Shown: positions 27,717 through 37,819, counted from the first letter of the whole stretch. The stretch is 62,790 bases of DNA, filler included, from 4 parts of 4 records of this genome joined end to end with filler, not necessarily neighbours in it, one strand, 5' to 3'. Notes: generated by a model from the letters alone, not told the origin. A program made the numbers and translations.

Positions 27717-28148
27717 CTAGCTGGATGTTCCGCCGTGTTTCCGCTCGTTCTGCACATCCTTTAGGCGTGCCAAATCTTGCGCCAGGTCAACCAGATTGCG
27801 CGCTACGCCCTGCCCAACATCCAGGTAGACGGACTGCCAGCGCTTCTTAAGATTGGCATCTGCATTGGCTGCAAAAAACAGGAGCGCCTCACGTAGGGCC
27901 TGCAAGCGCTCGCGAAACTCTTTCTCAATGCCTGCAAATGCATCATCTGCCGGAGGTGTCTTGCGCAGCACACCATAGACATTCCAGCAGGCTTTGCCGC
28001 TGAACACCAGAGCATTAAACTCATCTGCAGCTTGCATGTTCGCGCCGATTTCAAGCAAAGCTCCAAGATCGTCGCGCTTGCGCAGGGCCTTGTTTGTCAC
28101 CTGGTCCAGGTACTGAAGCACCGCCTGAGTTTCACCGGAAAATTCCAT
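27717..28148 (-). CDS. Hypothetical helical protein
   Basis: 143-aa ORF with GGAAGGG upstream, co-oriented with the upstream operon. Confidence 0.75.
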   Translation of the reverse strand: MEFSGETQAVLQYLDQVTNKALRKRDDLGALLEIGANMQAADEFNALVFSGKACWNVYGVLRKTPPADDAFAGIEKEFRERLQALREALLFFAANADANLKKRWQSVYLDVGQGVARNLVDLAQDLARLKDVQNERKHGGTSS

Positions 28149-28201
28149 CGGGACATCCCTTCCGCAGCTTAATCAATCAACAAAATACAAAGTGGAATGT
28201 G

Positions 28202-28834
28202 TTAGTATACGACCGTTGTCAGAACGGCTGCAAATACCGTTTCTACGGAATCTCGCGGTGGCACAGGACGATTGAAGTCCGCGTGTTGCACCAAAGCAAC
28301 CTCGTAAAAGTTATCCAGAGAAGTCTTAAAGACGGAAGCCAGATTAAATGTCGCACCGCTGTCGTCGCTAAACTCGTAAATCCCAAAGCGGCGCGCTCCC
28401 AGGCTGCGAACTTCAATTTCACCAATCTGCTTAACAGCGCCTGCCGTCTTGCGCTCACGTGCCCTGAACCCCGCGCGTGCAACTCCCAGCAAACCTTCAT
28501 TCGAGTGCAGGTCCGTCAGATTTTCCCCGGCGCGCAGCTCGGAAAACACCAGGCTTAGAGTATAGTCAGGACTGGCGGCGGCGGCAATCACATTGGATGA
28601 GACATCCTGACCAATATCTACAAACACCCAGCCTTCCGGCAAACGCACCACCATGTCACCCAGCGCCGAATGCACAATCTCATCTGACATCTTAACCTTG
28701 GCGCTGGGACTTACGTCACTGCTGCGCTCAGGAACTTCGGCGACTTCGCGTTTAACAATCAGGCAGGCAGGCAGAGCCAGCAGTAGCAGACCCAGGAGCC
28801 CTGCTGTCGCCAGCTTCCTGATTGATGCGGGCAT
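28202..28834 (-). CDS. Hypothetical lipoprotein
   Basis: MPASIRK + hydrophobic stretch + LPAC lipobox; start could also be 28867. Confidence 0.7.
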   Translation of the reverse strand: MPASIRKLATAGLLGLLLLALPACLIVKREVAEVPERSSDVSPSAKVKMSDEIVHSALGDMVVRLPEGWVFVDIGQDVSSNVIAAAASPDYTLSLVFSELRAGENLTDLHSNEGLLGVARAGFRARERKTAGAVKQIGEIEVRSLGARRFGIYEFSDDSGATFNLASVFKTSLDNFYEVALVQHADFNRPVPPRDSVETVFAAVLTTVVY

Positions 28835-28863
28835 GTGCCTACTGTACATTAGCTGAACAACTT

Positions 28864-29505
28864 TCAATGGTCGTGCCCAATTTCATTATACTTCTCACCG
28901 GCTTCAATCGCCACGTTTAGCTTGTTTTCATCCGGCACGAGCGGGCAGCTGTAACGCTCGTTGTAAGCGCAATATGGGTTGTATGCCAGGTTGAAGTCGA
29001 TGATATACTTCGTTTCCCCTTCTTGCTCCTCAATATCCAGATAACGCCCGGCAGCATACGTTTGCTGTCCGCTGGTATTATCCAGAAAAGGGACAAAAAA
29101 CACGTGCCGGTGGTTTCCTGTCGGCTGGCGATACGCGGCCAGGGTGCACTGCGTACCATTCACCGTAAAACTGAATTCTCCGGCGCGTTCATATGTACGC
29201 ACGTCATTGCTCTTGGAGGTCTGCAACTTCAGGATCGGTGGCTCGGCCGCCGCCTCGAACTGTGCTTCAATGCGGTAATCTGTCGAGGGCGGAAAGTAGC
29301 TCAATGCCGTAAAAGCATCGCGGTCTTCAGCGGGAATTGGCGAAAAAGGATCGCCGGCAAATGACTCGTCTTTTTCTGTGCGCATCTCCAGGATTGCTTC
29401 AGCGTCAAACTCACCTGCTCCCTCGTTACCCGCCGAAGAGCAGGCAAACATCAAGAGCCCCGTGGCCAATGAAGTGATTGATCGAAAAATGCTACTGGTT
29501 TGCAT
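28864..29505 (-). CDS. DUF1684 family lipoprotein
   Basis: FVPFLDNTSGQQTYAAGRYL and IDFNLAYNPYCAYNERYSCP motifs; lipobox FAC. Confidence 0.9.
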   Translation of the reverse strand: MQTSSIFRSITSLATGLLMFACSSAGNEGAGEFDAEAILEMRTEKDESFAGDPFSPIPAEDRDAFTALSYFPPSTDYRIEAQFEAAAEPPILKLQTSKSNDVRTYERAGEFSFTVNGTQCTLAAYRQPTGNHRHVFFVPFLDNTSGQQTYAAGRYLDIEEQEGETKYIIDFNLAYNPYCAYNERYSCPLVPDENKLNVAIEAGEKYNEIGHDH

Positions 29506-29523
29506 CTGGCCTACACCCGTGAA

Positions 29524-30057
29524 TTAGAAGTTCTTCCACATCATGGATTCGACCGGTTTGCGCGTCGATTGATTGTATTTGGCTGAGCTTTTTTTGTTGT
29601 AGGGCGTTAAAATCTCGCCGTCCACATTAAAATAGATCAACTGCCCCACCGGCATGCCTTCGTACACCCGCACCGGCAGTTTCACGGAAATCTCTAGCGT
29701 CCAGGTATTACAGAATCCGACGTCACCTTTTCCGGCCGTTGCGTGGATATCAATTCCCAGGCGGCCAGTGCTGGACTTGCCTTCCAAAAATGGCACATGC
29801 GTGTGTGATTCGGTGTACTCCTCGGTAACTCCCAGGTAGAACTTGCTGGGCTGCAAAACAATGCCCTCAGGTGGAATATCAAAGTGGCGAATCTTGCAGT
29901 GTTTGCGCGCATCCAGTTCGTCATCAACATACATCCCCAGGGTTTTCCCCAAATGAACGTCGTAACTGTTCGATCCCAGACAATCGCGATCAAACGGATC
30001 AATAACGATGGAACCGGAAGCAATATGCGCCAGAATTTCGGAATCTGATAAAATCAT
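29524..30057 (-). CDS. dcd: dCTP deaminase
   Basis: MILSDSEI, SYDVHLG, EGKSSTGRLG, TLEI, GMPVGQL. Confidence 0.95.
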   Translation of the reverse strand: MILSDSEILAHIASGSIVIDPFDRDCLGSNSYDVHLGKTLGMYVDDELDARKHCKIRHFDIPPEGIVLQPSKFYLGVTEEYTESHTHVPFLEGKSSTGRLGIDIHATAGKGDVGFCNTWTLEISVKLPVRVYEGMPVGQLIYFNVDGEILTPYNKKSSAKYNQSTRKPVESMMWKNF

Positions 30058-30113
30058 AGTTCTGTCACCAGGATAACTGTGCGTTGGGGATTAAGCTCTT
30101 GCCAAAAGCCATG

Positions 30114-31361
30114 TCAAGGCCGCAAAACCCGCCGCCGATAAAAGTTCAATATTATTCCGACCATTATCATGTTCATGATCAGGGCAGTGCCACCGGCACT
30201 CAGGAATGGCAGAGGAATCCCCATTACAGGCATCAACCCAAGCGCCATGCCAATGTTAACCGTAGTGTGATACAGCCAGATGACGGCGATCCCGATCACA
30301 ATCACGGATTGAAAACGCTCACGCACAAATTCGGCTATGGAAATTGCGCGCAAGACCAGAGCGGCAAGCAGTCCCAGCACGAGAGCGCCGCCAATGAATC
30401 CAAATTCTTCAGTTGGAACACAGTAGATAAAATCGGTCCGCTGCTCCGGGATATAACGCAGCTGCGTTTGTGTTCCCTGCAAAAATCCTTTGCCCGTCAG
30501 GCCACCACTTCCAACCGCGATTTTTGACTGAATTACGTGGTAGCCCGCTCCCAGCGGATCAGCATCTGGGTTCAAAAGTACTTCAATACGGCGCTGCTGG
30601 TGCGGCGGCAAATTCTCAAAGATTACGTCCTTGACAGTTCCGGCACCAATGCATACTGCAATTACGATTGCCGTCAGTATGATTTTACGCCTGAACAGGA
30701 TCGCCGCAATCGAAGAAACCGAAGCAGCAACATAGTATGCCGTATCGCCAAAAAACGACGACAGCAAAACCAGGACCGGCGCCACAACGGCAAAAATAAT
30801 GAACAAGTCAGCGCCGGACCAAAGCACGACACCCAGAAACATCATCATGAAAACTGTACCCGAGCCCGGATCCGGCTCCAGTAACACCAGAAACAATGGT
30901 AACATTACAAGAGCGGCCGCAATCCCCAGGTCCCGAATCGTACGCAGGTTAACATGCGGCATTGAAATAAAGCGCGCCAATGCCAACAGCGTTCCGAGTT
31001 TAGCAACCTCTGATGGCTGGAAACCAAACGAACCAATATAGAGCCAACTCTTGGCCCCACCACCGCTGACACCAAAGACCATCAACGACAGTAACAGAAC
31101 GATGCTGACGCCATAAATAACATAGGCCATGTTAAACAGGAGGCGTTCGGGCATGAACATTGCAAATATTAAACCCGCAAGTCCCACACCGGCATACACC
31201 GCCTGTTTGATGAAATAGGAGCTTGCATTTGCATCGAATGTCGCACTGTAAATCGAAATCAATCCAACGGCAATCAATGAAATCGCCATCAGGAACGTGG
31301 CAACGTCGAATGCATCAACGAAACCACGTTTAATTTCTACGGTATCAAATCTGGTGGACAT
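30114..31361 (-). CDS. rodA: Rod shape-determining peptidoglycan glycosyltransferase RodA
   Basis: SEDS motifs QPSEVAK, GYHVIQSKIAVGSGG, PEQRTDFI, GIPLPFLSAGG. Confidence 0.95.
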   Translation of the reverse strand: MSTRFDTVEIKRGFVDAFDVATFLMAISLIAVGLISIYSATFDANASSYFIKQAVYAGVGLAGLIFAMFMPERLLFNMAYVIYGVSIVLLLSLMVFGVSGGGAKSWLYIGSFGFQPSEVAKLGTLLALARFISMPHVNLRTIRDLGIAAALVMLPLFLVLLEPDPGSGTVFMMMFLGVVLWSGADLFIIFAVVAPVLVLLSSFFGDTAYYVAASVSSIAAILFRRKIILTAIVIAVCIGAGTVKDVIFENLPPHQQRRIEVLLNPDADPLGAGYHVIQSKIAVGSGGLTGKGFLQGTQTQLRYIPEQRTDFIYCVPTEEFGFIGGALVLGLLAALVLRAISIAEFVRERFQSVIVIGIAVIWLYHTTVNIGMALGLMPVMGIPLPFLSAGGTALIMNMIMVGIILNFYRRRVLRP

Positions 31362-31393
31362 ATTTTGTTTGGCACACAGGCTTGCGATTCATG

Positions 31394-32293
31394 TTAATCG
31401 GCGGTGGATCCGACGATCAGACTCTCAACATAGCGGTAACGTTCTACCGTTTTTTCAATCACCTGAACCGGCAGCGCCGGCGCCGGCGCCTGTTTGTTCC
31501 AGTCCAGCGTCTCAAGGTGATCGCGCAGCACCTGCTTATCAAAGTTGGTTTGCTCGGCACCTGGTTTGTAGTCATCTGCAAGCCACATGCGTGACGAATC
31601 AGGGGTGAACGCCTCGTCAATCAAAATGATCGAGCCGTCATCCAATCGGCCAAACTCCAACTTGGTGTCCGCCAGCAAGAGTCCTTTTGTCGCCAACTCA
31701 TCCGATACAAAGTTGAAGAGTTTAAGTGTCGTGTCCTTCAGGAACTGCATATCTGCAGTTGAGCCAACGATCTCCGCAGCTTGCTCGAATGCAATATTCT
31801 CATCGTGGCCACCATCAGGGGCCTTGGTCGCAGGTGTAAATATGGGCTCCGGCAGTTTAGAGCCATTTTGCAAACCAGGAGGCAGCGCTACCCCACAAAT
31901 ACTACCTGTTTGTTGATATTCCTTCCATCCGGAACCGGCCAAATATGCGCGCACTACACACTCTACGGCAAAGGGCTGTGTTCGGCGAACGAGCATGGTT
32001 CGGCCGGACAGCTGGGCTGCATCGCCCTGGAGGTAGTCAGGAAAATCCTTCAGATCACTGGAAAGCAGATGGTTGCCAATGATGTGCTGGGTGCGTTTGA
32101 ACCAATACTCACTAATTCGTGTGAGCACGGCCCCCTTACGCGGAATCCCCTCAGCCATCACGACATCGAATGCCGAGATACGGTCCGAAGTCACCAGCAG
32201 CAGTTGATCGTTTTCCAGCTCGTAGATATCACGAACCTTGCCCGCCTTCCTGCCAAGCGTTCCAGTCAAATTTGTTCTGAGTACTACTTCCAT
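31394..32293 (-). CDS. purC: SAICAR synthase
   Basis: GKVRDIY, SDRISAFD, ECVVRAYLAGSG, DTKLEFG, TPDSSR. Confidence 0.97.
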   Translation of the reverse strand: MEVVLRTNLTGTLGRKAGKVRDIYELENDQLLLVTSDRISAFDVVMAEGIPRKGAVLTRISEYWFKRTQHIIGNHLLSSDLKDFPDYLQGDAAQLSGRTMLVRRTQPFAVECVVRAYLAGSGWKEYQQTGSICGVALPPGLQNGSKLPEPIFTPATKAPDGGHDENIAFEQAAEIVGSTADMQFLKDTTLKLFNFVSDELATKGLLLADTKLEFGRLDDGSIILIDEAFTPDSSRMWLADDYKPGAEQTNFDKQVLRDHLETLDWNKQAPAPALPVQVIEKTVERYRYVESLIVGSTAD

Positions 32294-32316
32294 TCTGTTC
32301 GACTCTACTCGCTCGC

Positions 32317-32892
32317 TTACTGGCGAATGATTACGAATTCCACGCGCCTGTTTCTCGCACGCCCTTCTTCAGTGTCATTGCTGGCTACAGGCCTGCTCAA
32401 ACCACGCCCCAGAGACTTAAGACGCTCGCGTGAAACACCTTCTTTCACAAGAAAACCTTCCACGGCTTTTGCACGACGACGTGAAAGCATAAGATTCAGC
32501 TGCTCAATTTGTTCCGGCGATTCCGCTGCCAGCCAGGTATTATCGGTGTGCCCGATAATGTTAATGCGTACCCCTTTGTTAGACTTCAGGCTTTTGGCAA
32601 TTGAGCGCAGGACCCCGTATGATGTGGACCGTAGTTTTACTTCACCAACGTCAAAGAAGAGCGTGTCGGGCAAATCAAATGTGCTGCTCTCACCAGATTC
32701 TTTGATCTGGTCGATTTGGTCCGTCATTGAGGTTTCAATATCGCGATAGTCATTGTCTTCCGGTTTTTTGCCGTCTTGATCATCGTCACCTGGCTTCTTA
32801 CCATCTGGATCACCACCTGGCTTCTTACCATCTGAATCATCACCTGGCTTCTTACCATCTGAATCACCACCTGGCTTCTTACCATCTGGATC
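32317..32892 (-). CDS. OmpA-family peptidoglycan-binding protein, 5'-truncated by the contig end
   Basis: IIGHTDN, LSRRRAKAV, GRARNRRVEF; frame stays open from 32727 through the repeat to the contig edge. Confidence 0.9.
   Translation of the reverse strand, partial: DPDGKKPGGDSDGKKPGDDSDGKKPGGDPDGKKPGDDDQDGKKPEDNDYRDIETSMTDQIDQIKESGESSTFDLPDTLFFDVGEVKLRSTSYGVLRSIAKSLKSNKGVRINIIGHTDNTWLAAESPEQIEQLNLMLSRRRAKAVEGFLVKEGVSRERLKSLGRGLSRPVASNDTEEGRARNRRVEFVIIRQ
32760..32892 (-). repeat. Coding 27-bp tandem repeat, D[PS]DGKKPG[GD]
   Basis: Four near-exact units (CACCTGGCTTCTTACCATCTG core) plus one degenerate unit, in frame with the OmpA domain. Confidence 0.92.
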
Positions 32893-32992
32893 NNNNNNNN
32901 NNNNNNNNNNNNNNNNNNNNNNNNNNNNNNNNNNNNTTAATTAATTAANNNNNNNNNNNNNNNNNNNNNNNNNNNNNNNNNNNNNNNNNNNN
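32893..32992. other. Artificial contig linker
   Basis: N-run + TTAATTAATTAA + N-run. Confidence 0.98.
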
Positions 32993-33147
32993 CGACGTGC
33001 CGAAGGCACGGCGAAACCGCTCGACAGCGCGATTGACAGACTCGAATTTTTGATCATATTCTGCCCGCAGGCGACCGATCGGGGCCCGCATCCCTGCGGC
33101 AGCGTGCGAACCGGGCCTTCACCGACCAAACACCGCGGCAGGACCAC

Positions 33148-34536
33148 ATGAGAACGCCCCGCAAAGCGAAATCCGAGGCGGATTGGATTTCCGATCTGCC
33201 CGAAGCCTTTATCGAGTACCTTGACGGGCGCTCTCTGGAGGAGGTGGAATGCATCATCCCCGACCTTGCCGGCACCTCGCGCGGCAAGGCGATGCCATCC
33301 TACAAGTTCCGCCCCGACGAAACCTTCTTCCTCCCCATCTCGCTTTTCTACCAGACGATCTCGGGCGAATACGTGGATATGGAAATCGAGAACCAGTGGC
33401 TGGAACGCGACGTGGTTCTGACCCCCGACATGAACACCGCCACCGCCGTGCCCTGGGCCGATGACCCGACCCTTCAGATCATCTGCGATCTGAGCACCCG
33501 CGAGGGCGACCCGCTGGCGATCTCTCCGCGCAACGTGCTGCGCCGGGTTCTGGGGCTGTACAAGGCGCAGGGCTGGAAGCCGATTGTCGCCCCCGAACTG
33601 GAATTCTACCTGACCAAACCCAACACCGACCCCAACGAGCCGATCGAGCCCCCGCTCGGGCGTACAGGGCGCAAGGGCGCCAGCCGTCAGGTCTATTCGA
33701 TGGCCGCAGTGGACGAATACGGGCCGGTTATCGACACGATCTACGACTATGCCGAAGATCAGGGCTTTCGCATCGACACGGTGATCCAGGAAGGCGGCGC
33801 CGGTCAGATCGAGATCAATCTGCTGCATGGCGATCCGCTGTGGCTGGCCGATCAGGTGTTCTATTTCAAACGCTCGATCCGCGAGGCGGCGCTGAAGAAC
33901 GGAATCTTCGCCACCTTCATGGCCAAACCCATTCGGGACGAGCCGGGCAGCGCCATGCATCTGCATCAAAGCGTGGTGGATATAAAGACCGGCAAGAACA
34001 TCTTTTCAACCAAGGATGGTGGCCCGTCCGACGCCTTTCACCATTTCATCGGCGGCTCGCAGACCCACCTGATGGAACTGGTGCCGTTGCTGGCCCCTTA
34101 TGTGAACTCCTATCGCCGGATCACGGTCGAGGGCCAAAGCGCGCCGTCCAATCTGGAATGGGCCAGCGACAACCGGACGACCGGGTTGCGCATTCCCCAT
34201 TCAGGTCCGGACGGGCGGCGGGTGGAAAACCGGGTGACCGGCATGGATTGCAACCCCTATCTGGCCATCGCCGCGTCGCTGGCGGCGGGCTATCTGGGGA
34301 TGATGAACCGCACCCCCGCGCGTCCGGCGGTCGAGGTCGAGGTTTGGGACACCGAAGATGCGCTGCCCGTCAGCCTGGGCGAGGCGCTGGACATCTTCGA
34401 GGAAGCAAAGGAGATCCGCGCCGTGTTGGGCGAGGAGTTCTGCCAGCTCTATGGCGATATCAAGCGCGCCGAGAATGAAGAATACCAACGAGAGATTTCA
34501 CCGTGGGAACGTCAGCACCTGCTGCTGAACGTCTGA
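33148..34536 (+). CDS. Glutamine synthetase family protein (gamma-glutamyl-polyamine ligase, PuuA/PauA-like)
   Basis: APELEFYL, EGGAGQIEIN, TFMAKP, GSAMHLHQS, RVENR; next to an aminotransferase and a PuuB-like gene. Confidence 0.9.
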   Translation: MRTPRKAKSEADWISDLPEAFIEYLDGRSLEEVECIIPDLAGTSRGKAMPSYKFRPDETFFLPISLFYQTISGEYVDMEIENQWLERDVVLTPDMNTATAVPWADDPTLQIICDLSTREGDPLAISPRNVLRRVLGLYKAQGWKPIVAPELEFYLTKPNTDPNEPIEPPLGRTGRKGASRQVYSMAAVDEYGPVIDTIYDYAEDQGFRIDTVIQEGGAGQIEINLLHGDPLWLADQVFYFKRSIREAALKNGIFATFMAKPIRDEPGSAMHLHQSVVDIKTGKNIFSTKDGGPSDAFHHFIGGSQTHLMELVPLLAPYVNSYRRITVEGQSAPSNLEWASDNRTTGLRIPHSGPDGRRVENRVTGMDCNPYLAIAASLAAGYLGMMNRTPARPAVEVEVWDTEDALPVSLGEALDIFEEAKEIRAVLGEEFCQLYGDIKRAENEEYQREISPWERQHLLLNV

Positions 34537-34558
34537 CGGTCAAGGGAGAGACAAGACC

Positions 34559-35953
34559 ATGAACATGATCACCAACCACATGCCCACGGCAGAGCTTCAG
34601 GCGCTTGATGCCGCCCACCACGTGCATCCGTTTTCCGCCAACACCGCGCTTGCCAAGGAAGGCAGCCGGGTCATCACCCGCGCCAGTGGCGTGACGCTGA
34701 CCGACAGCGACGGCAATCAGATCCTCGACGGGATGGCAGGTCTGTGGTGCGTGAATATCGGCTATGGCCGCGACGAACTGGCCGAGGTTGCGGCCCGCCA
34801 GATGCGAGAGCTGCCCTTCTACAACACCTTCTTCAAGACCACCCATGTGCCGGTGATCGCGCTGTCGAAGAAGCTGGCGGAACTGGCGCCGGGCGATCTG
34901 AACCACACGTTCTTTGCGGCGGGTGGGTCCGAGGCCAACGATACCAATATCCGCCTTGTGCGGACCTATTGGCAGTTCAAGGGCAAGCCGGAAAAGAACG
35001 TCATCATCAGCCGCAAGAACGCCTATCACGGGTCCACCGTCGGCGCGGCCTCGCTTGGCGGCATGGCGGCGATGCATGCGCAGGGCGGTATCCCGATCCC
35101 GAACATCCACCATATCGGCCAGCCCAACTGGTGGGCCGAGGGCGGCGACATGACCCCGGAAGAGTTCGGCCTGAAGCGCGCGCGCGAACTGGAAGAGGCC
35201 ATTCTGGAACTGGGCGAAGACCGCGTCGCGGCCTTCATCGCGGAACCGGTTCAGGGCGCGGGCGGCGTGATCGTGGCGCCCGACAGCTACTGGCCCGAGG
35301 TTCAGCGCATTTGCGACAAGTATGACATCCTGCTGATCGCGGATGAGGTGATCTGCGGCTTCGGGCGGACCGGCAACTGGTTCGGATCCGAAACGATGAA
35401 TATCCGCCCCCATATCATGACCATCGCCAAGGGTCTGTCCTCGGGCTATGCGCCGATTGGCGGCTCGATCCTGTGCGACGAGGTGGCCGAGGTCATCGGT
35501 TCGGGCGATTTCAACCATGGCTACACCTATTCCGGCCATCCGGTGGCCGCCGCGGTGGCGCTGGAAAACCTGCGGATCATGGAAGAGGAAAACATCGTCG
35601 GCCATGTGCGCGACGTGGTCGGACCCTACCTGAAAGCAAAGTGGGAAAAGATGGTCGAGCATCCGCTGATCGGCGAAGCCAAGATCGTCGGCATGATGGG
35701 CTCGGTCGCGATGACCCCTGACAAGGAAAAGCGGGCCGCGTTCAAGGCCCCGGCCGGCACTGTCGGGCTGATCGCGCGGGACCGCTGTTTCGCCAATAAT
35801 CTGGTGATGCGCCATGTGGGCGACCGGATGATCATCTCACCGCCGCTGGTGATGACGCCTGATCATATCGACACGCTGATCGCGCGGGCCACCAAGGCGC
35901 TGGATGAAACCTATGCCATCGTCAAGGAGCGGGGGCTTTTGGAAAGCGCCTGA
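34559..35953 (+). CDS. Class III aminotransferase (putrescine/omega-amine:pyruvate, SpuC-like)
   Basis: DGMAGLWC, AFIAEPVQGAGG, ADEVICGFGRTG, PLP Lys in IAKGLSSGY. Confidence 0.92.
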   Translation: MNMITNHMPTAELQALDAAHHVHPFSANTALAKEGSRVITRASGVTLTDSDGNQILDGMAGLWCVNIGYGRDELAEVAARQMRELPFYNTFFKTTHVPVIALSKKLAELAPGDLNHTFFAAGGSEANDTNIRLVRTYWQFKGKPEKNVIISRKNAYHGSTVGAASLGGMAAMHAQGGIPIPNIHHIGQPNWWAEGGDMTPEEFGLKRARELEEAILELGEDRVAAFIAEPVQGAGGVIVAPDSYWPEVQRICDKYDILLIADEVICGFGRTGNWFGSETMNIRPHIMTIAKGLSSGYAPIGGSILCDEVAEVIGSGDFNHGYTYSGHPVAAAVALENLRIMEEENIVGHVRDVVGPYLKAKWEKMVEHPLIGEAKIVGMMGSVAMTPDKEKRAAFKAPAGTVGLIARDRCFANNLVMRHVGDRMIISPPLVMTPDHIDTLIARATKALDETYAIVKERGLLESA

Positions 35954-35960
35954 TCGGATC

Positions 35961-37262
35961 ATGGACCTGCTGACCGTCAATGACAGGCCGGGGGAATACC
36001 CCCCGTCCTATTACGCCCATGCGGCCACCCCCCTGCCCCGGTTTCCGGTGGCTGAGGGTGCGATCAGCTGTGATGTGGCCGTGGTCGGTGGCGGCTTTAC
36101 CGGGCTGTCCACCGCGTGGCATCTGGCGATGCGCGGCTATGACGTGGTGTTGCTGGAGGCCTCTCGCGTAGGGTCCGGCGCATCTGGCAGAAACGGCGGG
36201 CAGGTGGGACAAGGCCAACGGCTGGAGCAGGACGAGTTGGAGTCGATGGTGGGGCGCGAGAGCGCCCGTGCGCTGTGGGATATCGCCAACCAGTCCGTCG
36301 ATCTGGTGCGCGAGATTGCCAGCCGCGACGAGGTTCATGCCAGTTTTCACCCCGGCGTGATCCATGCCGCGCACAGGGCGCGCTATGTTCCCGATTACGT
36401 GGCCTATGCAGAAAAGCTGCAAACCGAATACGGCTACGATCAGATCCGGGCTCTGGATCGGGACGAGCTGCGGGGGATGGTCAATTCACCCGCCTATCAC
36501 GGCGGCACGATCGACATGGGTGCGGGCCATATCGACCCGCTGGAACTGGCACTTGGGCTGGCCCGACTGGCCGCAGGCGCGGGCGCACGGATCTTCGAGA
36601 TGTCCAAGGTCGAACGGCTGGAAGAAGGCACGCCTGCACGACTGGTGACAGCCAAGGCGCAGGTCACGGCACGGCACGTTGTTCTGGGCTGCAATGGCTA
36701 TCTGGGTCATCTCGCCCCCAAGGTCGCAGCGCGCGTCATGCCGATCAACAACTACGTGGTGGCAACAGAGCCTTTGGGCCCCGAGCGTCAGGAAGACATC
36801 ATTCGCGGCAATCACGCGGTGGCCGACAGCAAGTTCGTGGTGAACTACTTCCGCTTTTCCGACGATCACCGGCTGCTGTTTGGCGGCACAGAAAGCTACC
36901 GCTACCGCTTTCCCCGCGATATCGCGGGCGCGGTGCGCAAGCCGCTGGAGGAGATCTTCCCGCAACTGAAGGGCGTCGCGATCACCCATGGCTGGGGCGG
37001 AACGCTTGGCATCACCATGAACCGAATGCCGCATTTCGAGCGGGTGGCGGGCAATATCCTGAGCCTGTCGGGCTATTCCGGCCACGGTGTCGCGATGGCG
37101 ACGCTGGCCGGTCAGATCGCGGCGGAGACGATTGCGGGACAGGCCGAGCGCTTCGACGTGATGGCCAGCGTCCCGACCCCGCGCTTTCCCGGCGGCGTGG
37201 CGATGCGCTGGCCGCTGCTGGTGCTGGCAATGCTGTGGTTTTCGCTCCGCGACAGGCTGTAA
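35961..37262 (+). CDS. FAD-dependent oxidoreductase (gamma-glutamylputrescine oxidase, PuuB-like)
   Basis: VVGGGFTGLS, GASGRNGG, GYSGHGV. Confidence 0.9.
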   Translation: MDLLTVNDRPGEYPPSYYAHAATPLPRFPVAEGAISCDVAVVGGGFTGLSTAWHLAMRGYDVVLLEASRVGSGASGRNGGQVGQGQRLEQDELESMVGRESARALWDIANQSVDLVREIASRDEVHASFHPGVIHAAHRARYVPDYVAYAEKLQTEYGYDQIRALDRDELRGMVNSPAYHGGTIDMGAGHIDPLELALGLARLAAGAGARIFEMSKVERLEEGTPARLVTAKAQVTARHVVLGCNGYLGHLAPKVAARVMPINNYVVATEPLGPERQEDIIRGNHAVADSKFVVNYFRFSDDHRLLFGGTESYRYRFPRDIAGAVRKPLEEIFPQLKGVAITHGWGGTLGITMNRMPHFERVAGNILSLSGYSGHGVAMATLAGQIAAETIAGQAERFDVMASVPTPRFPGGVAMRWPLLVLAMLWFSLRDRL

Positions 37263-37272
37263 ACGGTTTCGC

Positions 37273-37407
37273 CGTGCCTTTGGCACGTCGACCCGTGGCG
37301 CGACCCTTCGGGTCGCGCGGGAACGCTCTTGCAAGAGCGTTCATGGGGGCGCCGCCCCCGTCGCCTGACGGCGACTCCCCCGAGGTATTTGTCACCAAGA
37401 TGAAAGA
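37273..37407. repeat. Intergenic multi-palindrome repeat element
   Basis: Consecutive hairpins CGTGCC/GGCACG, CGCGACCC/GGGTCGCG, perfect GAACGCTCTTGCAAGAGCGTTC, GTCGCC/GGCGAC, then GAGGTATTTGTCACCAAGATGAAAG; related tail recurs at 51501-51524. Confidence 0.7.
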
Positions 37408-37483
37408 GAAAAAAGGTTGCCTACACGCTGACTGCTTGGCATTGTCAATTGAAAGCCGTGCAGCCGAGGGAGGCCCCGGTCCG

Positions 37484-37819
37484 ATGGTCAGCCATTCGAT
37501 ACCCGCCGCCATGGCCCTTTTGGCCTTGCTGGGGCTGAGCGCCTGCCAGCAACAGGCGCCGGATGCGGGGGCGGGCGCGATGTTCTACCGGGCGACCTGC
37601 GCAACCTGTCATGAGCCGGGCAGCCGCCCGCAAGCGCCCGATCTGACTGGGCTGGCAGCAATGAACGGCGGGCGCTTTCCCATGGACCGGGTCACCCGGA
37701 TCATCGACGGACGCTCGGAGTTGCGGGCCCATGGGTCGCCCATGCCAGTTTGGGGCGCGATCCTGACCGGCCCGGAGGTTCGGGATCTGGCGGCCTATCT
37801 GGCCGCTATTCAACAATAG
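37484..37819 (+). CDS. Monoheme c-type cytochrome lipoprotein (copy 1)
   Basis: GGAGG RBS, lipobox LSAC, CATCH, RAHGSPMPVWG; this is the 3' part of the spurious 36275 ORF. Confidence 0.88.
   Translation: MVSHSIPAAMALLALLGLSACQQQAPDAGAGAMFYRATCATCHEPGSRPQAPDLTGLAAMNGGRFPMDRVTRIIDGRSELRAHGSPMPVWGAILTGPEVRDLAAYLAAIQQ

Noticed and set aside
32760..32892. 27-bp repeats as a CRISPR array
   Set aside because: Units are contiguous with no unique spacers, are a multiple of 3 and in frame with OmpA; no cas genes are present.
36275..37483. 514-aa ORF as a large cytochrome fusion
   Set aside because: It overlaps the PuuB-like gene out of frame and crosses the palindromic repeat; only 37484-37819 has an RBS, lipobox and heme motif.
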